A DNA stretch of 64,000 nt from Haliotis rufescens (Eukaryota). A model generated the notes under the pieces. The model made no database searches and had not been told where the DNA came from. It worked only from the letters and a program-made list of their open reading frames with translations. Both the position numbers and the translations under genes were made by a program. Location of the stretch: assembly GCF_023055435.1 (NCBI RefSeq), contig NW_025964372.1:43710001-43774000 (forward strand). Reading direction: 5' to 3'. This document shows positions 44,123 to 56,100 of this stretch, piece after piece; within the stretch, counting starts at the first letter, position 1; each line of letters starts with the position of its first letter.

Positions 44123-47100
44123 CTGAAAACATACATCATGTACAAGGTGTTAAGGAAAAAGCAATAAAAGCATTGTATCCTTCAGATATCCATCTTGTCT
44201 AATTAGGTTTATTAAAGGAAGAATTTACTCCTTAAAGCCCAACAGCCCCTAAAACTGTCATCTCTAATTATATACTTTTTCATATACTGTTACACACAAC
44301 TTTTCAACTAAAATGTTTTTGCACCGGACTCTGATTGTTTCCATATGCAATACCAGTCTGTGTCAGATTTGCAGAGGAACCTATCTGTGGTTTATATCAG
44401 TACTGACTTCATTATATACTTAGGGATAAAAAGGTTAGGGATCAGGATTAGGGATAAGCTCAGTCTTCACTACAAATATATCCCCCAATATATTCATGAT
44501 CTGTAATGTTTTTTGTTCAGTATATAACAGGGCTGACATCTAACAAATGAACCCTTGGCAGCACACATTTCTAACTGATGGAAACAAGCACCCTGCACCA
44601 ATATTTCATCCAAAGAATCCCCTCTATGTTGAGCAACCTGTGAGCTTTACCATAGGCGCAGAATGCACTTAGCATCACTCACTGCTGCTCTAAAAACATA
44701 TTTTGGACTGAATAAATTATCGAGAATGAATGTTGCCTAATATCTTACTTCTAGAGTATGATGGTCCAATCTCATTAAAATCAGATCTTATTTCTCGCTA
44801 CCGCTAAGCAAAGATCTGAGGACATCCCATTACGGGTCACGTCAGAACGACCTTGCGCAAACTTTGACCGACCAATGAAATGACCAATCAGAAGGCAGCT
44901 TTCTCGTGCCTTACGGCACTAATTTCAAATTGGCGACTACGCTTTGAAACATATTTTGACAAATTCTCGATTACAAATTTGAAACCTGAACAAAAGAACA
45001 TTCTGGAATGGCTAATAGATTGTCTAGATTGTGTCATTAAACCCGTAACTATCTTTCGGAATACCCCATGTTAAAGTTTTCGAGGTTGGATGATTAGAAA
45101 TCACATTCTGACTGTCACTTTCATAATCTGGTAAGCGACGCTCTGATTGGTCAGATGAAAGGTCGTTCTGACGTGACCCCTAATGGGATGTCCTCAGATC
45201 TTTGTTTAGCGGCAGCGAGAACTGAGGTCTGATTTTAATGAGATTGATGCTGGACAGGCTATTAGTTTCCCAACCCTCTCTCAATTGATCTACTTGATGG
45301 TACTTTAACAGAGAAGACTACTACTGGACAGCAATGATCAGCTAAACTCACTCCTTGAATTCTTTGACAACCTCATCCACCTTCGATGGGTTGACGCAGA
45401 CTGCGCAGCGGAACTTCTCCGGGTCAAACAGGCTGGCGATGTACTGTGACCCCACTCGCTTCAGGTCAGCAACTGTTACCTTGGCAACCTTCTCCAACAT
45501 AGATCTGAAGAATGTCAGTTGAACAGTTGGATTCAAGATTATCAATACATCTGAGATCTGCATACATTACGTGCCAAGATATTGCTAAATCAGCAAATAT
45601 GAAACATGTTTGTGTCATTATTCTCACTTTGTGTATCACATATCACAAACAACTTTCATTTGTTATATTTTCAATCATTCATAAATTTCATTTATAAGGA
45701 ACACTGCTAAATATTGTACGCTGCACTGACTTCACTGTATGACTTCGCTGAGGATGTGAATGTATAATGTAGTAAGCATGTGAATGTATAATGTAGTAAG
45801 CATGTGAATGTATGATGTAGTATGTGAATGTATGATGTAGTAAGCATGTGAATGTATGATGAAGTATGTGTATGTATGTTATATGTGAATGTATAATGTA
45901 GTAAGCATGTGAATGTATAATGTAGTAAGCATGTAAATGTATAATGTAGTAAGCATGTGAATGTATGATGTAGTAAACATGTGAATGTATAATGTAGTAA
46001 GCATGTGAATGTATAATGTAGTAAGATTGTGAATGTATAATGTACTGAGGATGTAAATGTATGATGTAGTAAGCATGTGAATGTATCATGTAGTAAGCAT
46101 GTAAATGTATAATGTAGTATGTGAATGTATAATGTAGTATGCATGTGAATGTAAAATGTAGTAAGCATGTGAATGTATGATGTAGTATGTGAATGTATGA
46201 TGTAGTAAGCATGTGAATGTATGATGAAGTATGTGTATGTATAATGTTATATGTGAATGTATAATGTAGTAAGCATGTGAACGTATTATGTAGTAAGCAT
46301 GTAAATGTATAATGTAGTAAGCATGTAAATGTATCATGTAGTAAGCATGTGAATGTATAATGTAGTAAGCATGTGAATGTATAACATGCTGAGGATGCGA
46401 ATGCATTATGTGCTGAGCATGTGTGTCATCTCACTTGTTGTAGTTGTGGTCGACCTGTCTGAAGTAGGACAGCATGGACTCCATACACACATCCGACACC
46501 GTCTTCTCCTGCTCGATGATCTCGAAGATGAGGCTGCTCCGAGCCGACTCCAGGTCCACTTCAGACAGCTCATTGCTGCCGTTGATGTAACCCATCTGCA
46601 CAGGCATAGAGTCATGTCTACAGTGTACTCCAGCAACAACATGGAGGCATGTAGATGAACAAACTGGGCAACACAATCATTGGTGGATGGCATGAGCAAT
46701 AAGCCTGGCCTTCAGGTGTGTTGACAACCATCAGGGGTGCTGACAACCATTAGGTGTGCTGACAGCCATCAGGTGTGCTGACAACCATCAGGTGTGCTGA
46801 CAACCATCAGGTGTGCTGACAACCATCAGGTGTGCTTACAGCCATCAGGTGTGTTGACAACCATCAGGTGTGCTGACAACCATCAGGTGTGCTGACAACC
46901 ATCAGGTGTGCTGGCAACCATCAGGTGTGCTGACAACCATCAGGTGTGCTGACAACCATCAGGTGTGCTGACAACCATCAGGTGTGTTGACAACCATCAG
47001 GGGTGTTGACAACCATCAGGTGTGCTGACAACCATCAGGTGTGTTGACAACCATCAGGTGTGCTGACAAGCATCAGGTGTGCTGGCAACCATCAGGTGTG

Positions 47101-50100
47101 CTGACAACCATCAGGTGGGCTGACAACCATCAGGTGTGCTGACAAGCATCTGGTGTGCTGACAACCATCAGGTGTGTTGAAAACCATCAGGTGTGCTGAC
47201 AACCATTAGCATGACAGAGGCTTCCTGGAACATTTGATTCAGGAATGCCCCAAATGACGTCCGTGCTGCAGGCAAATAGGGAAAATGCATCACATTGTCT
47301 ACACTTAGGGTAGTTTGAAACGTTATTTTCTTAAATTCATAGGCATTTTAGCATTGCCTTTTCCAATTTTTGTACTGTTATCGACAAATAAAAAACACCT
47401 TTGCAAAGCTAACACATTAGAAAAATCTTAATTGGGAACTTTGGAATTCTCATTTGGGAATTTGTTTTGACATAACACTGGTCAGCCTTTGTTGACCCCC
47501 ACACTGTGTATACTGACCACGATGTCCCGGCCCTCCTTGTAGGCGTTGACGAGGTGAGTGGACTTGGACAACACAAAGTACAGCAGCCCTGTGTCCGGCT
47601 TCACATACATGCTGCAATGGAGGACAAACACAGGGACCAATCAGAACTATGGTGGGTGTCTAATCGCTGGCAGATTGTCTCCCTTGTGACAGACATGCAG
47701 AATCCCATCTTCCCCCAATTCAAGACTTAGGTCATCATATACGAAGACACTGATGCTATGATGCCATCTTGACAGGATATCATAAAAAAATGATGCATCA
47801 TTAATATTTGGGCTCATCTGTTTCTTCTTTAGCATGCTTAACTTTCATACACTTTGGGATCCAGTACTAGTATGAGGCTTAAGATGGTTACAAGGTTACA
47901 ATGATTACAATTGTGTAACACAGCCCCCAAAAAGTGTCTTCTCCTTTGAGTCTTATCTTTTGAAGTATGCAAAACAACTGAGGTTTACTGTACAAGTCCT
48001 ACAAGGTATTTTAGTCCATATAAGAAAGCAATTGTTCATTACTGCCTACATGTCAGTCGTATGTATTTCTAACACAACCAAACCCAAATTTTCCACAAAA
48101 AAAACCCAACAGTATCCTCATCATAAACTCACATAAACCCTCAAACGTGAGGTGATGTAAAAGGTATGAGTACTGACCTGTAGTTGTAGGCGAGACCCAG
48201 GCCACGGATCTGCCTCCACATTGGTCCCTCCAGTTGTGTCATGTACTGTATAAACACCATGATGGCTGGCAGGTCTGCGTGGTGGAAGTCCGACACACAC
48301 GGCACGACCTGGATGAAGTAGGCCGACTCCACGGACCCAACCCCCACCAGCAGGCGCTTCTTGCTGCTCTCCTCGTACGACTGGATGTACGCACTGGTCC
48401 TCTCAACACAGCTGTAACAGTTCAGCATCTTCTAAACATTCTATTACGTTATGTATGTATGTGAGGTGAGGTGAAATTGAGTTCAACATTGCGTTCAAGA
48501 TTACTGCACTTATAAAGCGACGTACATGTGTGTGTGTGGCTGCTTGTACTAGTCTGGACTAATGCCAATTTTATAGCGCTAGCCCACTGAGATTCCATGC
48601 CACAGTTTAACATGAATATCCCATCACTCCGAGCTGACCATTCCTTGTTTTAACCCCTTGATGTTATGTTTGTTTGCTTGTTTGTTTGTTTATTGTTTAA
48701 CATCAATATTCCAGTTATATGACGGCGGTCTGTAAATAATCGAGTCTGGACCAGACAATCCAGTGATTGATATCATGAGCATCGATCCATGCAATTGGGA
48801 TGATTTAGTCACGACTAGCAATGGGTGTTGGTGTACTCGTGCCATTAAACATACATCAGACAATGATAATCAGTCTCTTGACATAAGCCCTAATGTACAA
48901 ATTAGTGAACAATATTGCTTCTATTTCTAAAATTGTTGTATCCATTTCCAAAAGGTTTTACCCATGGATATCTTCCCAATTATAGGACTGAGAAATAAAT
49001 AACATTAATGTGCGACACCTTCAGCGACTGGGCCACCTGTCAACCAACACATATACATGCAATGTATTCTGGAAAGGATATTACCTGTTGCTGTCTCCAC
49101 ATTCCTTGCTGTCAACAAAATGTTTCCATGGCAACAGTGGTTTCTGTTTGGCCAACTTCTTGACATCAGCTGACATGTGGATACGGATGTTGCCGGGCAT
49201 GGCCAGCATCTTACGTAGACTCTCGATATCCTCGATAACCTGCACAACATGGAGTAATCATTATCATCATTATAGTCTACAGTGTTACAGCCACATCGTG
49301 TCAGTGTAGAGACATGGTAACTAGTGCCGAAGAATGACAGCAAAATTACATCAAATGACAATCAGCTGATAAGAGGTTTTTTTTAAAGATCCACACTTTA
49401 CAAACTTTTGTTCCATATTAATGTACAGATTTCTGCTGACCTTCACTAAGTGAAAAATAATAACCAAAATGCATGTGTTCATCCTGGCCTATCACCGCAC
49501 ACATAGCAACATAGACAATTATCTTGTTATTTTCTAATCTTCTGACTCTCCCATCCCCCGGTCTACCTTGTTGGGGTCAGTCACCCCCCTCCCCCCACCT
49601 ACCTTGTTGGGGTCAGTCTCACCTCCCCCTGCCTACCTTGTTGGGGTCAGTCTCTCCCCTCCCCCTGTCTATACCTTGTTGGGGTCAGTCTCCCCCTTCC
49701 CCCCGCCTACCTTGTTGGGGTCAGTCTCCCCTCCCCCTGCCTACCTTGTTGGGGTCAGTCTGTCCCCTCCCCCTGCCTACCTTGCTGGGGTCAGTCTCTC
49801 CTCTCCCGTCCCCTTGCCTACCTTGCTGGGGTAAGTCTCCCCCCTCCCCCTGCCGAACTTGTTGGGGTCAGTCCCCCGCCTCCCCCTGCCTACCTTGTTG
49901 GTGTTAGTCTCCCCCCTCCCACTGCCGACCTTGTTGGGGTCAGTCTCTCCCCTAGCCCTGCCGACCTTGTTAGTGTCAGTCTCTCCCCTCCCCCTGCCTA
50001 TCTTGTTGGTGTCAGTCTCCCCCCTCCACCACCTACCTTGTTGGGGTCAGTCTCTCCCCTCCACCACCTACCTTGTTGGGGTCAGTCTCTCCCCTCCCCC

Positions 50101-53100
50101 TGCCTACCTTGTTGGTGTTAGTCTCCCCCCTCCCACTGCCGACCTTGTTGGGGTCAGTCTTTCCCCTAGCCCTGCCGACCTTGTTAGTGTCAGTCTCTCC
50201 CCTCCCCCTGCCTATCTTGTTGGTGTCAGTCTCCCCCCTCCCCCTGCCGACCTTGTTGGTGTCAGTCTCTCCCATCCCCCTGCCTACCTTGTTGGTTTCA
50301 GTCTCTCCCCTCCCCCTGCCTACCTTGTTGGTGTTAGTCTCCCCCCTCCCCCTGCCAACCTTGTTGGTGTCAGTCTCCCCCCCCTCCCCCTGCCTACCTT
50401 AATGGTGTCAGTCTCTCGATCCCCTCCCCTGCCTACCTTGTTGGTGTTAGTCTCCCCCCTCCCCCTGCCAACCTTGTTGGGGTCAGTCCCCCCCCCCCCC
50501 CCTGCCTCTACCTTGTTGGGGTCAGTCTCTCCCCTCCCCCTGTCTACCTTGTCGGGGTCAGTCTCCCCTCCCCCTGCCTACCTTGTTTGGGTCAGTCTGT
50601 CCCCTAGCCCTGCCTACCTTGTTGGGGTCAGTCTCCCCTCCCCCTGTCTACCTTGTTGGGGTCAGTCTCCCCTCCCCCTGTCTACCTTGTTGGAGTCAGT
50701 CTCTCCCCTTCCCCTGCCTACCTTGTTGGGGTCAGTCCCCCCCCCCCCCCCCCTCCTCCTGCCTACCTTGTTGGGGTTAGTCTCTCCCCTCCACCACCTA
50801 CCTTGTTGGGGTCAGTCTCCCCTCCCCCTGCCTACCTTGTTTGGGTCAGTCTCCCCCCTCCCCCTGTCTACCTTGTTGGGGTCAGTCTCTCCCCTCCCCC
50901 TGTCTATACCTTGTTGGGGTCAGTCTCCCCTCCCCCTGTCTACCTTGTTTGGGTCAGTCTCTCCCCTAGCCCTGCCTACCTTGTTTGGGTCAGTCTCCCT
51001 CCTCCCCCTGTCTACCTTGTTGGAGTCAGTCTCTCCCCTTCCCCTGCCTACCTTGTTGGGCTCAGTCCCCCCCCCCCCCCCCTCCTCCTGCCTACCTTGT
51101 TGGGGTCAGTCTCTCCCCTCCACCACCTACCTTGTTGGGGTCAGTCTCCCCCCTCCCCTTGTCTACCTTGTTGGGGTCAGTCTCTATCCTCCCCCTGTCT
51201 ACCTTGTTGGGGTCAGTCTCTCCCCTCCCCCTGTCTACCTTGTTTGGGTCAGTCTCTCCCCTCCACGACCTACCTTGTTGGGGTCAGTCTCTCCCCTCCA
51301 CCACCTACCTTGTTGGGGTCAGTCTCCAGGGTCTTGGACAGCTGTGTAAGGAAGTCCAGCTGGCGAAAGATGCTGGCCACCACACTGTTGCAGTCTGTAC
51401 ACACAAACACAGACTTCAGCTCAACAACAACGCACCACCACAGCCCCACAAGGCCACATGCTGTTGCTTGCTCACACAGTGTCTAAGTGACTTTGGCTCA
51501 CGTTCAGAAAAATCATTAGTGTTCTCCACAACATAGCCATGCCTTTTGTTTACTCTCTTTATTTAATCAGAGTGTAGGCAGCAAGTGCATGTGACACTCC
51601 GGGCTAACGTCTGAGCGTCAGTTGACTAATTAGAAAACAACCAAGGAAGAATTACACATTATCTTTCCAGTACTAAAGGTGTAAGTCTTCGGCAATGGAC
51701 AGCATTGATTCATGAGAGAGATAGGTGTACTGAGTTTCCAGTACTTTATTCTGTTTATGATGTATTGTCACTTTGTTTTAAGAAAGTGATTTTGAATAAT
51801 CTTTCAATAATATTACTGTTTGTCAGTGTCATGTGGGAGTAACACATTTTAAAATGAAGGAAAACGTTTGAAACCCTTAAAAAAAACTACACTGGAGTCA
51901 ACCCTTTGTTCAGATGATGTAACATTTCGATGGGTAATGTCATCAACAATGGATGATCATAACCTTCTCATATTTGCACACATATAGTTTAACAATTCTA
52001 GATGCTGATTGGCCGTGTGATTTTGTTTTTGTGTTGTTTAACGCCGCACTCAGCAATATTCCAGCTATACGACGGCGGTCTGTAAATAATCGAGTCTGGA
52101 CCAGACAATCCAGTGATTGACATCCTGAACATCAATCATCACAAATGGGATATGATGACATGCATCAACCACGTCAGGGAGTCTGACCACCCGATCCCTG
52201 ATTGGCCATATGAAGTGATATGACATCATGTTGCTGCCCTGCTGAGAACAGTATAATGCTTGATCTTCCTATCCTATTGGATAGGGTGGTGTGGTAGCCT
52301 AGTGGTTACAGCGCTACCCTGTCATGAGTGAGTGAGTGGGTATGGTTTTACGCCGTTTTTAGCAATATTCCAGCAATATCACGGCGGGGGACACCGGGAA
52401 TGGGCTTCACACATTGTACCCATGTCGGGAATCGAACTCGGGTCTTTGGCGTGACGAGTGGAAGCCTTAACCACAAGGCTACCCGACCGCCCCATACCCT
52501 GTCATGCTGTCCCCACATGGTTATAGAGTGTAAAGCCCATTTCTGGTATCCCCCATCATGATATTGCTGGAATATTGGTAAAAGCGGCAAAAACCAGACT
52601 CACTGACTCTTTCGGGGCAATCTAGTTGGCACAAGACACATTGACATATTGTGGACACTACCAGGACATGCAATATACACGTACAGCATACACGCACAGG
52701 CACGAGATAATTTCATTTTTGGTTGTAATAATTATTAAAGAAAGACTTAACGCCCTTATATTTCACTACTAACCACCGCTAAAATATCATTTATAACTCA
52801 CTCTTCTTGTAGAGAACTTCATTGATGAGAGTTCGAACTACTCGGAAGCCGCTGCGTTTGTAAGCTGCGATATCATTGGTCATCCTGTTGGCGATGATCT
52901 TCAGTCTGTCGGCTGTGAACTGAGTCTGATAGAGCAGCTCCTTCAGCCAGGAGATTCCCTGACTGTACTTGTCTTCCTCCACCTGACACAGACAACATAC
53001 AACGTGTACATCATACATTCCTACTTATTTCATTGTTTGAATGGCTCCATGCAGTTGTCTATCCAAATACACTATGAAAGACCCTACAACAGTGATTCAA

Positions 53101-56100
53101 CTCGTTCAGCCATTGAAAGACTGGACTGCCAAATTCCAGATATTTTCAAGCCTAAACGAACCTAGTTAAAATGGAGTAGGCAGGTTGAGGGCAGGTTGAG
53201 GACAGAGAGTGACTAAACACATTATGTAAAATTTCTGAGTTCTATGTACTGCTTCTTACTCCTGCCTTACCTTCAACTCAATACTTGACACCTGAGGGAA
53301 TGAGCCACATGAGAACTTGCCACCTCGTACACCGAGCCCCACACTGGAAGACAACGTGTCTGCCTCTAGCTGGGCAATCACCTCCTCATGGGACACCAGC
53401 TCTGTAGACACAAACACATCAGTTAGAACTTGCCACCTCGTACACCGAGCCCCACACTGGAGGACAACGTGTCTGCCTCTAGCTGGGCAATCACCTCCTC
53501 ATGGGACACCAGCTCTGTAGACACAAACACATCAGTTAGAACTTGCCACCTCGTACACCGAGCCCCACACTGAAGGACAAGTCTGCCTCTAGCTGGGCAA
53601 TCATTTCTATGAGTGATACAGAAAATGACCTCAACACCCATGCTTGTGGTAAGAGGGGACAAAATTGATCAGATGGTCAGGTTGGTTGATTGGTTGGTTT
53701 GTTGTTTAACGCCGCACTCAGCAATATTCCAGCTATATGACGGCGGTCTGTAAATAATCGAATCTGGACCAGACAATCCAGTGATTAATATCATGAGCAT
53801 CGTTCCAAGCAATTGGGATTGATGACATGCATCAACCAAGTCAGCGAGCCTGACCACCCAATCCTGTTAGTCACCTTTTACGACAAGCATAGTCACCTTT
53901 CACGGCAAGCATGGGTTGCTGAAGACCTATTCTACCCCGGAATCTTCACGGGTCTCAGATGGTCAGGCTTAGTGACTTGGTTAATTGTATGTTGTCATTC
54001 ATGGCATTACATGCCTCTCTGGTTCGTATGCTCCTGAGTGTGACATAAAACAATCAACAGATGCATCTCGACAATGTGCTAATCTGACTTAACACTCACT
54101 TCCATCTCGCAGCACTGGACTCTCCAACAGGGCTTCACAGAACAAAGGGAGGTAATACTTGAGTTTCTGCGGTAGAGCGCTTGAATCCAGTAAAGCTACA
54201 ATCTGGTAAAAAGACAATTCTTGTTTGGTTTAATAAATAAAAATAAAAATACTTATGCATATGTGCCTACATTATTATCCAACACATCATATTTGCAGAC
54301 CATTATCGTAAACAGCCTGTACCCGCTCTCATCCACAGAGTTATTGCATAAGTCTTTCTTATCCATCTCCTCCATCTTTCTTATCTCAGCACAAGATTAT
54401 ATTCCCGCTCCAGAGAGTAATTTGATTTCAAGGCTATTGTTAATGTGATGCCATTTGAATTGTGCTCAAAAAGGGTATATGAAGAACGTGTTCAGGGTAT
54501 TTATCAGATGGAGATATAACACACCTGGTAATGGAGGACGGCCTACCCAGGTAATTGTAATTTCATGATTTGAAAAAATGTACAAGTAATTGTTGAGTTA
54601 GGCTTCTGAACAGTATTTCAGTTATAGAGGAGTCCTTAATCTTATGTACAGAACTCATAGAGCCTGCATATAAAATAGTGCCAAGCGCTGTAGCTCACCT
54701 GGGTATGTTGTCAAGAAGACAGCGACTTAACATGCAGCATATATTCAAATATTTTCAGTGTTAGAAATTGGCACTTTTGACAATTAGTCCTTGCCAAACT
54801 GCCAAATAGTAAAGGTATCATAAGGACTAGTAGACGTTTGCCATTAAGGTTTTTGCTGTATGTTATCATTATAAGGAAGAGTGGACTAAAAATGTTAATT
54901 TCTACCGCTGATTTTATGCATAAATAGTGAGGAATAAAATATAATTTCAGAGAGAAGTTTACAGAGCCAAATAAGTAATCAGAGAGCATGGTCAAAACAC
55001 AGGGGTCAACAAGGTAAAAAAGCGTCCATGTTGAACAAACTGGGGTGTCATTATCGATGGGAACAAACATGTTTGGTTCCGGCTTCAATGGTCTATGCAG
55101 GACACCACATGCAGGATGACACAAACCACATCCTGGACAAACAGACCACATATGCTCACCTGACTTTTAATCAGGATAGCTAAAGATGAGTGGGCATAAT
55201 GTTCCTTCTATTGAGAGGCCATAAAATGAGTTGACAGGGACAAAAAAATATTGATATGACATAAAGGATTACCTGGACAAAATTTGTGTGAATGTGATCC
55301 AGCTGGAATTTGTATGGAATTTCAGCCAATGGGAACTCAGGAATCTTGTTTGCTGCCTCCTTACTGAGGTTTGCTGCTGGAATTATGGGATGGAACTGTA
55401 TACTGCCGACATCAGGAACTGTTACACTCGTCAACAGATCCTCAGGGGCTTCAATCTGGCATGAAGAGACACACATAAACATTCAGCTTCACAGACAAAT
55501 TTCTCGTGAGTATCACATCTTCCCTGACCTTACTGTGGTACAAAGTTCTTCAACACAGATGCTGAATCTACAACAAATCTGAGCATCATACAGAGACACA
55601 TTCCACTGTTATCCCTTCTCGTTATTACCTCATTTTCCTTGGTGGCCTTCTCCAGTAACTTCCCCAAATTAGACAAGCCATCTTCCCCCAGCTTCTTCCT
55701 CTGTGCAGCCACCCTCTCCTTCTCTGTCTTCCCCATGTCTTCCATTAGCGACTTGCTGGGCGTGCCGACAACCTGACGGAATCAAATCTCTATAACACCT
55801 GACAACACAATTATCAACTACTGACCACTGACAAGGGCAATACCATGTTTTATGGAGCCTAGAAACTGATGTTGACCGAGACAAGCGGGGTGGGTCTCCG
55901 GGGTATACCAGGTTTTCAAGAAGGAATATTACCATGTTCAGTTCATACATGGACAGACAGACAGACAGACAGACAGACACAGACAGACAGACTTTTTGGG
56001 GCAAACAAGATCAGATTCTAATTACCTTGGTTCCTTGTTCACAGAATAATGGAAAACATCATGATCATAATTTCTTCAGCTATATGTTTGTCCTATGTTT

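Noticed and set aside
49524-51536. 496-aa Pro/Leu-rich ORF and overlapping ORFs
   Set aside because: Antisense translation of the m9 donor-derived repeat.
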